From Capsulimonadaceae bacterium (GTDB lineage Bacteria > Armatimonadota > Armatimonadia > Armatimonadales > Capsulimonadaceae), in NCBI GenBank assembly GCA_965215505.1, contig OZ244065.1, positions 3,104,001-3,168,000 of the forward strand: a stretch of DNA of 64,000 bases. Direction: 5' to 3'. The position numbers and the translations under genes are program-made. Under the pieces are notes generated by a model. That model saw only the letters and a program-made list of their open reading frames with translations. It did no database searches and was not told where the DNA came from. Shown piece after piece: positions 35,911-44,416 of this stretch. Each line of letters begins with the position of its first letter. Position 1 is the stretch's first letter.

Positions 35911-38900
35911 CTACGGCCCGGCGCTGACGGCGGTGGCGCTCCACAGGTTGCCCGGCCCGTTGTCGGTGTAGGGGCCGTAGCCCGCCACGGTGAAGTTGAA
36001 CGAAGGGTCCAAGCCCCACAGCATCGCCCGATTGTCCGTGTTGCCCCAGAGCAGGTGCGAGAGGCCGTCGGGACCCGTCGCCAGGGCGGTGGCGCTCCAC
36101 AGGTTGTTCGCGCCGTTGTCCGTGTACGGCCCGTACCCGGCCAGCGTGAAGTTGAACGCACTGTCTACGTTCCAGAACATGGCCCGCCGGTCGGTGTTGC
36201 TCCACAGCAGGTGGGTCAGGTTGTCCGGCCCGACCGACGCGCCCGTGACGCTCCACTTGTTCTGGGGTGCGCCGTCCGTGTACGGCCCGTAGCCCGCCAG
36301 CGTGAAGTTAAAGGAGCTGTCCACGTCCCAGAGCATGACGCGCCCGTCGGCGTTGTTCCAAGCGATCCGGCTCTTGCCGTCCGGCCCGGTCGCAAGGGCC
36401 GCCGCCGACCAGAGGTTGCCGGAGTCGCCGCTGACGGAGGTGTCGGTATAGGGGCCGTAGCCTGCGAGGCTGAAGTTGAACGCGCTGTCCACGTTCCACA
36501 GCATGACGCGGTGGTCGGTGTTGTTCCACAGCAGATGCACGACGTTGTCCGGGCCGACCGAAACCGCCGTCGCGCTCCACTTGTTGTTCGCCGCCCCGTC
36601 GGTGTAGGGGCCGTAGCCGGCAAGGCTGAAGTTGCCGCTGTCGTCCACCGTCCACAGCATGACGCGCCCATCCGTGTTGTTCCACAGAAGGTGCGAAACG
36701 CCGTCCGCGCCCGTCGCCACCGCCGTCGCGTGCCAGACGTTCTGCGGCGCTCCGTCCGTGTACGGCCCGAAGCCGTTCAGCGTGAAGGAGCCGTCGCCGG
36801 CCACGCTCCACAACATGACGCGACCGTCACTGTTGTTCCACAGAAGGTGCGTGTGCGTGGGGGGCTGCACCGCCAGCGGAGCGGAGGCGGTGGCACCGCC
36901 GGAGACGGCCGAGACGGTGATCGTCGCGGACGCAGTCACCGGGCGCGTGGCGACGGCGAACGTGGCGCTCGTCCGCCCCGCCGCGACGGTGACGCTGGCC
37001 GGGAACGAGGCCACGTCGGAGTTGCTGCTGGACAGCCAGACGGTGACGCCGCCGGCCGGTGCGGGCGCGGACAGCGTGACGGTCCCGGTCGTGGCCCCGC
37101 CGCCGACAACCTGGGCAGGGGAGAGCGTCACCAAGGCGGGCGCGGGCTGGGTGTTCGGGATCAGCGAAGTGCGGACCAGGAAGACCTGGCCGCCGCTGCG
37201 AAAGGCAAGCCCGTCCGCGCCCCAGCGGATCAGGCTGCTGGGGCCGGCGTAGGGGGTCGCGGCGACGCCGGAGACAGTCAGTGAGCCAACCGGGAGGAAG
37301 GTGTTGGGGTCGAAGGCTTGGATGAGGGCCGTCCCGTCATTGCCAAAATTGGGACTGCTCACAAAGAAGACGCGGCCGTCGGCGACATCCGGCTGCACAT
37401 TCGCGTTGTAAGGTACACCGGAGAACGTGCCGACCAGGCTGGCCGCCTCGGGGTCTATGACCTTGCCGTTTGTGGAGAAGAGGAGGCCGCTGTCGAACTT
37501 GATTGCCCCGCCCGGCGCTCCTCCGGTCGGCACATCTCCGACGGCGACGCCGCTGCTGCTGACGTTCAGGCGCACCAAGTTGCCGTTCGAGCCGTAGAGG
37601 CGCGAGGGCGAGGCGGAGAACGCCAGTGTATCAATTTGGTAGGGGTACTGGCCGAGGGCGTTGGGACGCTGGACGCCGTTGTCATAGATGCCCAGGCCGA
37701 CCTGGCCCGGACCGAACACATAAATCCGCTCCGAAATGGCGACGGAGTTCACACTGCCGGGGAGGACCTGGATGTCATTCGGGTAGAAAGGCCCGTCAAA
37801 GCTCGCGTCGCCGCCGAGATGAAACAGCGGATCAGCCGAGTCCGTTGGCAGGTCCAGGTGACGGACGGCCGCCGCGCCGTTCAAGCCGACGAACAAAGAC
37901 TGCCCATTGTCGGAGAGGGCGAGTTTACCCGGCTCGCTGCCGATGAACACCGGGGCATCCATCACGCCCGTCAGTGGGTCGAACCCCACGATGCTGTTGC
38001 CGGGGCGGCCCCCTGGCACGACGGCACCGCTGGGGATGCTAGCATAGATCTTTGCGGTCACGCGGTCATAGATGAGGTCGTTGGAAGGAAGGTTCAGGCT
38101 GCGAACGCCGGCCGGGTAGCCAGGGTCACCAGCCGTATCCTGCACGGCCAGGGTCGCCTGACAACTCTGGGAACCATAGGCGGCGGTGACGCTGAAATTC
38201 GTGGTGGTAGTGACGGTGTTCGCGAGGAGCGGGAATGTCGCGGTCCGCGCGCCCGCCGGGACCGTGACGGAGGCGGGAACGGTGATCGCCTGCGTGTTAG
38301 TGGCGGAGAGAGTTACGGTGGCCCCGTCCGCCGGCGCGGACTGGGTCAGGGTGACGGTCCCTGTGGCCGCGGCCCCTGCGGCAAGGTTCGTCGCGCTGAG
38401 GGTCAGTGAGGCCAAGCCGGGAAAGCTGCGGGAGTCGATCAGGAAGAGCTGCCCACCACTGGTGCGGAACGCAAGCCCGTTCGCGCCGTAGGCGATGAGG
38501 TTGTCAGCCCTCCCGGAGACGCCCGAAAGGGTGAGCGCTCCCACGGGCCGGTAGGTGGCCGTGTCGTACTCGAAGATCTGGGCGGTGCTGCTGTTCCCCG
38601 TCGGGTCTCCGGTCAGGAAAAAGACGCGGCCGTTCGCGGCGTCGGAAGCAAGCGAAGTGCTGGAGCCGCCGAAGTAGGTCGTCGGGAACCCCGTGAAGCT
38701 GCCCAGGAGCGCTTGGGCGGTCGGATCAACCGCCTGCCCTGAGCTGCTGTAAATCAAACCGCCGTCGAACGAGAGGTCGGCGTTCGCCAGGTAGGCATAG
38801 GAACTCGTGTTGACGATGCCAGTTGCATTGGGGGTCATCGTGTAAAGGGTAGAGCCATAATCCCCGGTGCCGTACAGAACGCCTGTGGCGGGGTTAAACT

Positions 38901-39435
38901 TGATGAAGTAGGCACCGTCGTGGTCGGGAGTCGTGGTGGGTCTCTGGACGGCGTCGTCGAAGACCGCTACGCCGGCGATGTCCGGCGACACTCCCGTATA
39001 CCGGCGGGCGACCGCGACTGAGTGAGGGTTGCCGGGCAGGACGGCAAGGCCGGCGGCATTATAGTTGCCGAAAAACGAGGCACTCCCCAGGCTGAACTGC
39101 AAGCCCGCCGTCTGAGTCGGCAGGCTGACGCGGCGGACGGCGGCGGCACCATCCAGGCCGACATACAGGAACTGCCCGTCGTCCGAGACGGCCAGACGAT
39201 TCGGCTCGCTCCCGACGAACACCGAGGGGCCGACCGTGCCGGTGACCGGATCAACCGGCGTGATGCTGTTGCCGCCGACCCCGACGCTGCTGGGGACGCT
39301 GGCGTAGATCTTCGCGGTGTGCGCGTCATAAATGATGTCGTTCGTGACGAGTGAAACCTGGCGCACGTTCTGCGCCTGCGCTGTGGACAGCGGGGCGCAC
39401 GCCAGAGCGGCGAGGAGGGGGGCGATCTTTTTCAA
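35911..39435 (-). CDS. Array member 1: signal peptide + 2x(beta-propeller + Ig-like) + six-repeat SAGP C-terminal module (35911-~36858)
   Basis: TTG start giving MKKIAPLLAALACAPLSTAQA. Duplicated NDIIYD..TAKIYAS/GSEP..LA.SD propellers and TGTVTL..PAPAGG..VTV Ig units; six HLLWNN-DGRVMLW..GPYTD repeats. Confidence 0.85.
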   Translation of the reverse strand: MKKIAPLLAALACAPLSTAQAQNVRQVSLVTNDIIYDAHTAKIYASVPSSVGVGGNSITPVDPVTGTVGPSVFVGSEPNRLAVSDDGQFLYVGLDGAAAVRRVSLPTQTAGLQFSLGSASFFGNYNAAGLAVLPGNPHSVAVARRYTGVSPDIAGVAVFDDAVQRPTTTPDHDGAYFIKFNPATGVLYGTGDYGSTLYTMTPNATGIVNTSSYAYLANADLSFDGGLIYSSSGQAVDPTAQALLGSFTGFPTTYFGGSSTSLASDAANGRVFFLTGDPTGNSSTAQIFEYDTATYRPVGALTLSGVSGRADNLIAYGANGLAFRTSGGQLFLIDSRSFPGLASLTLSATNLAAGAAATGTVTLTQSAPADGATVTLSATNTQAITVPASVTVPAGARTATFPLLANTVTTTTNFSVTAAYGSQSCQATLAVQDTAGDPGYPAGVRSLNLPSNDLIYDRVTAKIYASIPSGAVVPGGRPGNSIVGFDPLTGVMDAPVFIGSEPGKLALSDNGQSLFVGLNGAAAVRHLDLPTDSADPLFHLGGDASFDGPFYPNDIQVLPGSVNSVAISERIYVFGPGQVGLGIYDNGVQRPNALGQYPYQIDTLAFSASPSRLYGSNGNLVRLNVSSSGVAVGDVPTGGAPGGAIKFDSGLLFSTNGKVIDPEAASLVGTFSGVPYNANVQPDVADGRVFFVSSPNFGNDGTALIQAFDPNTFLPVGSLTVSGVAATPYAGPSSLIRWGADGLAFRSGGQVFLVRTSLIPNTQPAPALVTLSPAQVVGGGATTGTVTLSAPAPAGGVTVWLSSSNSDVASFPASVTVAAGRTSATFAVATRPVTASATITVSAVSGGATASAPLAVQPPTHTHLLWNNSDGRVMLWSVAGDGSFTLNGFGPYTDGAPQNVWHATAVATGADGVSHLLWNNTDGRVMLWTVDDSGNFSLAGYGPYTDGAANNKWSATAVSVGPDNVVHLLWNNTDHRVMLWNVDSAFNFSLAGYGPYTDTSVSGDSGNLWSAAALATGPDGKSRIAWNNADGRVMLWDVDSSFNFTLAGYGPYTDGAPQNKWSVTGASVGPDNLTHLLWSNTDRRAMFWNVDSAFNFTLAGYGPYTDNGANNLWSATALATGPDGLSHLLWGNTDNRAMLWGLDPSFNFTVAGYGPYTDNGPGNLWSATAVSAGP

Positions 39436-39541
39436 GGGACGTTCTTTCGTTGGGAAGGGGCCGATGGGGCAGCCGACACGGGGCGACGGGCTCAGGGCGG
39501 GCGCGGCCACGACGGTCGCACCTCTCCTCCCTTTATCATAC

Positions 39542-39557
39542 AGCACGAACCATGCCA
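39542..39557 (-). promoter_or_regulatory. Sigma54-like promoter for member 1
   Basis: Minus strand TGGCATGGTTCGTGCT (GG-N10-GC). Confidence 0.5.
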
Positions 39558-39606
39558 AAACGGCCGGAACCAGGCAGAAATACGAACTAATTTACCGGCG
39601 CGGCCT

Positions 39607-42174
39607 CTACGGCCCCGCCGAGACGGCGGTGGCGGCCCACAGGTTGCCGGGGTCGAGGCTGACGAAATCGTCCGTGTACGGGCCGTAGCCGGCGACGGTG
39701 AAGTCGAACGCGGAGTCCACGCCCCACAGCATAGCCCGGTGGTCGGTGTTGTTCCACAGGATGCGGCTGACGTTGTCCGGGCCGGTCGCCAGGGCCTTCA
39801 CCGACCACAGGTTCTGCGGCGCGTCGTCGGTGTAGGGGCCGTAGCCCGCCAGCGTGAAGCTGAAATCGGCGGCGACGTTCCAGAACATGGCCCGGCGGTT
39901 CGAGTTCCCCCACAGGAGGTGCGTCCCATTGTCCGGGCCGACCGAAACCGCCGTGGCGTGCCAGTCGTTGCCGGGGTCGTAGGAATGGGGATCGGGGATG
40001 ACGGAGTCGTCGGTGTAGGGACCGTACCCGGCATAAGCCAGCAGGCTGAAGCCGCCGTCCACGTCCCAGAGCATGGCGCGGTGGTCGGCGTTGTTCCACA
40101 GGATGCGGCTGACGTTGTCCGGGCCGGTCGCAAGGGCCGTGGCCCTCCAGGGGTTGTAGGACTGGCCGCCTCCCACGCTGTCGTCGGTGTAGGGGCCGTA
40201 CCCGGCCAGCGTGAAGGAGGACTCGTCGGTGCCACCGTTCCAGAGCATGACGCGGTTGTCCGTGTTGTTCCACAGCAGGTGGACCGCGTTGTCCGGCCCG
40301 ACCGAGATCGCCGCCGCGCTCCACAGGTTCGTGGGGGAGCTGTTGACCGAGGTGTCGGTGTAGGGGCCGAAGTAGGCGGCGCCGCTGACGCCGCCCGCGT
40401 CGTCCACGGTCCAGACCATGACCCGGCCGTCGGTGTTGTTCCACAGGACGTAGCTGCGGCCGTCCGGCCCGGTCGCCAGAGCGGTGGCGCTCCACTTGTG
40501 TGTCTTCAGGGGGGCGTTGTCGGCGTAGGGGCCGAAGCCGTGGGGTGTGAAGGTGCCGTCGCCGGCCACGCTCCACAGCATGACGCGCCCGTCGGCGTTG
40601 TTCCAGAGCAGGTGCGTGTGACCGCCCGCGACTCCCGCCGCGCCCTCATAGGCCCCGATGGTGGGCGGGTCCGGGCGACCCTTGCCGTCCTTGTCGGTGG
40701 TGACGCCGCCGAGGAACACGCCCCCGCCGATGCAGGGCGAGCCGGCCCGGAGGTGCAGGTCGCCCCCGGCGGCATTGACGAACAGCGGGTCAGCATCGAT
40801 CACGATGCCGCCTGGCCTAATGTTCCCGCTCAAATAGCCGCCCTGTATGTCACAGCCGTCACAGGAGACGAGATCCACAGTCCGGGCGATCTCTCCGCCC
40901 CTGTCCCCATAGACGATACAGTCGGAGGGGCCGTGCCCATAAAGGCCGTTGTAAAAGCCGCCGCCGTCAGAGGCGGCGTTGCCGGTGATGGTGCAGCTCG
41001 TCACGGAGCCGCTCCCGTTGTAAACGCCGCCGCCGACGGCGGCCGTGTTGCCGCTGATCGTGCAGTCGCCGATCACGCCGACGCTGAAGACGCCGCCGCC
41101 GTTGTAAACGCCGCCGCCGCCGCCGCTGGCCGTGTTGCCGCTGATGGCGCAGCGCGTCACCGTGCCGATGCTGGAAACGCCGCCGCCGTTGCCGCCGGCC
41201 GTGTTGCCGCTGATCGTGCAGCCCGTCACCGTGCCCTCGTTGGTGAGGCCGCCGCCCGCCCCGCCGTTCGGGGAGACGCCGCTGGCCGTGTTCCCACTGA
41301 TCGTGCAGCCCGTCACCGTGCCGCTGTTGTCCATGCCGCCGCTGGAAGGCGCGGTGTTCTCGCTGATCGTGCAGCCCGTCACCGCGCCGCCGTGGAAGAC
41401 GCTGCCGCCGTTGAAGACGCCGCCGCCGCTGACGCCGGCGGTGTTGCCGCTGACCGTGCAGTGCGTCAGCGTGCCCGCGTCGTAGCTTGCAACGCCGCCG
41501 CCGGAGGTGGTGGCCGTGTTACCCGTGATCGTGCAGTCCGTCACCGCGTCGTAGCCGTAGACGCCGCCGCCGACACTGGCCGTGTTGCCGCTGACGGCAC
41601 AGCCCGTCAGCGTGCCCTCGTTGTAGACGCCGCCGCCGAGGTTTGCCGTGTTGCCGGAGATCGTGCAGTCCGTGAGTGTGCCGTAGTTGGCGACGCCGCC
41701 GCCGCCGGAGCCGGCGGACGTGCTGCCGGTAATCGCGCAGTGCGTCACCGTGCCGTAGTTGTAGATGCCGCCGCCGCTGTCCGTGGACTCGTAGCCGTTC
41801 CTGACGGTGAAGCCGCTGACCACCGCGCCCCGCTCGCCGTCCCGCAGGGTGAAGCCCCGGTGGTTGGCGGACGCCGAGCCGCCGCAGTCAATGATCGTCC
41901 GGGCCGGGTCGCCGCTGGCGGACCGGACCGTGAGGCTCTTGCCGCCGAAGTCAATGTCGCGGTTGCCCGGCCCGCCGTAGGTGCCGTCAGCCACGAGGAC
42001 CGTGTCGCCGCTGGACGCAGCGTTGACAGCGGCCTGGATGGTCGGGTAGCCGGCCGTCGGGACGTTGAGCGTGGCGGCATGGCCGGACGCGGCGAGGAAG
42101 GTCAGAGCCAGCAGGGCCAGGAGCGGCCCGCCGGGGGGGAGCAGACGGCGCGGGCGAGTGGTTTCAGGCGGCAT
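39607..42174 (-). CDS. Array member 2: signal peptide + right-handed beta-helix (CTISGNTA..GGG repeats) + six-repeat SAGP module (39607-~40620)
   Basis: YPTIQAAVNAASSGDTVLVADGTY, many ~22-aa T.CTISGNTA-GGGV.N repeats and ADPLFV..DLHL..GSPCI. Confidence 0.88.
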   Translation of the reverse strand: MPPETTRPRRLLPPGGPLLALLALTFLAASGHAATLNVPTAGYPTIQAAVNAASSGDTVLVADGTYGGPGNRDIDFGGKSLTVRSASGDPARTIIDCGGSASANHRGFTLRDGERGAVVSGFTVRNGYESTDSGGGIYNYGTVTHCAITGSTSAGSGGGGVANYGTLTDCTISGNTANLGGGVYNEGTLTGCAVSGNTASVGGGVYGYDAVTDCTITGNTATTSGGGVASYDAGTLTHCTVSGNTAGVSGGGVFNGGSVFHGGAVTGCTISENTAPSSGGMDNSGTVTGCTISGNTASGVSPNGGAGGGLTNEGTVTGCTISGNTAGGNGGGVSSIGTVTRCAISGNTASGGGGGVYNGGGVFSVGVIGDCTISGNTAAVGGGVYNGSGSVTSCTITGNAASDGGGFYNGLYGHGPSDCIVYGDRGGEIARTVDLVSCDGCDIQGGYLSGNIRPGGIVIDADPLFVNAAGGDLHLRAGSPCIGGGVFLGGVTTDKDGKGRPDPPTIGAYEGAAGVAGGHTHLLWNNADGRVMLWSVAGDGTFTPHGFGPYADNAPLKTHKWSATALATGPDGRSYVLWNNTDGRVMVWTVDDAGGVSGAAYFGPYTDTSVNSSPTNLWSAAAISVGPDNAVHLLWNNTDNRVMLWNGGTDESSFTLAGYGPYTDDSVGGGQSYNPWRATALATGPDNVSRILWNNADHRAMLWDVDGGFSLLAYAGYGPYTDDSVIPDPHSYDPGNDWHATAVSVGPDNGTHLLWGNSNRRAMFWNVAADFSFTLAGYGPYTDDAPQNLWSVKALATGPDNVSRILWNNTDHRAMLWGVDSAFDFTVAGYGPYTDDFVSLDPGNLWAATAVSAGP

Positions 42175-42252
42175 GGCAGTAGACTCCTTGATCGGCGCGC
42201 GGGCGGCGCAGGGGGCTTGTCCCCGCTCCCCGCCATATTTACGGTCCCGCGT

Positions 42253-44316
42253 TCACGGCCCCGCCGAGACGGCGGTGGCGCTCCACAGGTCGCCCGGCCC
42301 GTTGTCGGTGTACGGGCCGTACCCCGAGACGGTGAAGTTGAACGCGCCGTCCATGCTCCACAGCATGGCCCTGTCGTCGGTGTTGCCCCACAGGATGCGG
42401 CTCAGGCCGTCCGGACCGGTCGCCACCGATGTGACGCTCCACAGGTTGTTCGCGCCGTTGTCATTGTACGGGCCGAAGCCCGCCAGCGTGAAGGCCCCCA
42501 GGCCGTCCAGGTTCCAAATCATCATCCGCCGGTCCGCGTTGCCCCAGACGAGGTGGATCTTCTCGTCCGAGCCGACCGAGACGGCCTGGGCGCTCCAGAC
42601 GTTCGCGGGCGAATTGCTGACGAAGCTGTCGGTGTACGGCCCGTAGCCCGTCACGCCGAACTGGAAGGCGGGGTTCACGTTCCAGAGCATGACGCGCCCG
42701 TCCACGTTGTTCCAGGCGATGTGCGATTCGTTGTCCGGCCCGGTGGCGAGGGCGACGGCGCTCCACAGGTTGCCGGGGCTGCCGTTGACGGAGTTGTCCG
42801 TGTACGGTCCGAATCCGGCCAGGGTGAAGCTGAAATCCTGGGCGACGTTCCACAGCATGACCCGGTGGTCGGTGTTGTTCCACAGCAGGTGGACCACGTT
42901 GTCCGGGCCGACCGAAACCGCCGTCGCGCTCCACTTGTTCTGGGGTGCCCCGTCCGTGTACGGCCCGTAGCCCGCGTAGGTGAAGCCGCCGCTGTCGTCC
43001 ACGGTCCAGAGCATGACGCGCCCGTCCGTGTTGTTCCACAGCAGGTGCGAGAGGCCGTCCGCGCCGGTCGCCACCGCCGTCGCGTGCCAGACGTTCTGCG
43101 GCGCTCCGTCCGTGTACGGCCCGAAGCCGTTCAGCGTGAAGGAGCCGTCGCCGGCCACGCTCCACAGCATGACCCTGCCGTCCGTGTTGTTCCACAGAAG
43201 GTGCGTATGTGGGGGCAGGACCGTGTGCGTCACATGGCCGTCGGCATAGGCGGTCGTCGGGGAGCCGTCGGCATAGGGCGGCGTGTCCTGGAAGAGTACA
43301 GTGGTAGCCGGGTCAGTGATGGAGGCGAGGCTGACGCCGCTGAGGGCGGCGTTCGGGACAAACGGCTGGCCGCGCGTGTTGGAGAGAGGTTTGAGGCTTC
43401 TCGTATATGGTGCGAGGGCTGCCTGGAACTCCGACACGTTCCCCATCGGCGGGTAGACCTCATCATAGTCCTGAGTGTACTGCACGATGGCGATAAAGAG
43501 TTGTTTCGCGCGGCTCGTCGTGGTGACGTTCGGGTCGCCGAACTCGATGCCGCCGCGTTCCAGGTGGCCGTCCGCATAGGCGATTGTGGGAGCGCCGTCT
43601 ACATAGGGGGCGGTGTCTTGGATGAGGATTGTATGGATCGGGTCGGGGACGGCGCTGAGGAAGACGCCGCTGAGGGCGGCATTAGGGACGAACGGCTGGC
43701 CCGTAGGCGAGTAGAAGATGCGGTGACTGTGAGTGAAAGGATAGACTGCGGTTTGTAGTTCATCCAGCGTGTGCATCGGCGGATATGTCTCGTCGGCATC
43801 CTCCGTGTACTCGATTATGGCAATCGCCACGGCCTTCTCCCGCTCGGTGATGATGGCCGTCGCGTCGCCGTACTCGACGCCGCCGTGTTCCACATGACCG
43901 TCCAGGAACACGACCGTGGCCTGGCCGTCCCCATGCGGCGCGGAGTCGCGGACCACCTCGATGACATCCACATCGGTCGTGTAGGGCGGATACGTTCCTC
44001 GGCTGAGGGCGGCGTTGGGCGTGTAGGGCAGGCCGGTATCCGGGCAGCGGAATACGGAGGCATCCCCGACATACGGCATCAGCGCCGCCTGGAACTCCTG
44101 CGCGTTCCCCATTGGCGGGAAGTTCTCGTCGTTGTCCTGGGCATACCGGGTGAAGGCCGCTTGGAGCCGGTGCAGATTGGCCGCGCAGGCGGCGGTGGTG
44201 TCCGCCCCCGATGCCATGCGACGGGCCGTGCCGAGCCACTGCCCGATCACCAGGAAGGCCAGGAGGCCCAGCCCCAGAAGAACGGCCCCCTCGGCCAGGA
44301 ATGACGGTTTACGCAT
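42253..44316 (-). CDS. Array member 3: N-terminal TM + three DUF1559/H-X9-DG-like units + six-repeat SAGP module (42253-~43209)
   Basis: Start MRKPSFLAEG at 44316; three copies of Y.QD.DE.(F/Y)PPM...PNAALS...(FL/YA)DGH. Confidence 0.8.
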   Translation of the reverse strand: MRKPSFLAEGAVLLGLGLLAFLVIGQWLGTARRMASGADTTAACAANLHRLQAAFTRYAQDNDENFPPMGNAQEFQAALMPYVGDASVFRCPDTGLPYTPNAALSRGTYPPYTTDVDVIEVVRDSAPHGDGQATVVFLDGHVEHGGVEYGDATAIITEREKAVAIAIIEYTEDADETYPPMHTLDELQTAVYPFTHSHRIFYSPTGQPFVPNAALSGVFLSAVPDPIHTILIQDTAPYVDGAPTIAYADGHLERGGIEFGDPNVTTTSRAKQLFIAIVQYTQDYDEVYPPMGNVSEFQAALAPYTRSLKPLSNTRGQPFVPNAALSGVSLASITDPATTVLFQDTPPYADGSPTTAYADGHVTHTVLPPHTHLLWNNTDGRVMLWSVAGDGSFTLNGFGPYTDGAPQNVWHATAVATGADGLSHLLWNNTDGRVMLWTVDDSGGFTYAGYGPYTDGAPQNKWSATAVSVGPDNVVHLLWNNTDHRVMLWNVAQDFSFTLAGFGPYTDNSVNGSPGNLWSAVALATGPDNESHIAWNNVDGRVMLWNVNPAFQFGVTGYGPYTDSFVSNSPANVWSAQAVSVGSDEKIHLVWGNADRRMMIWNLDGLGAFTLAGFGPYNDNGANNLWSVTSVATGPDGLSRILWGNTDDRAMLWSMDGAFNFTVSGYGPYTDNGPGDLWSATAVSAGP

Positions 44317-44358
44317 TGTGCTTCCCTTCCGCGTCCGATCTCCGAACGTGGTGAGGGC

Positions 44359-44387
44359 AGTATAGCACGGACGCGCGGCATTAGCAA
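44359..44387 (-). promoter_or_regulatory. Sigma70-like promoter for member 3
   Basis: TTGCTA-17bp-TATACT with TGn extension. Confidence 0.6.
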
Positions 44388-44416
44388 GGAGGCAGCGGAA
44401 AGGCTTCCGGGACCGA

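Noticed and set aside
39739-43758. 1339-aa plus-strand ORF (also 3768-6212, 6249-8000, 50520-52172, 54775-56232 and similar)
   Set aside because: These are antisense shadows of well-supported genes in high-GC DNA, with no recognisable motifs.
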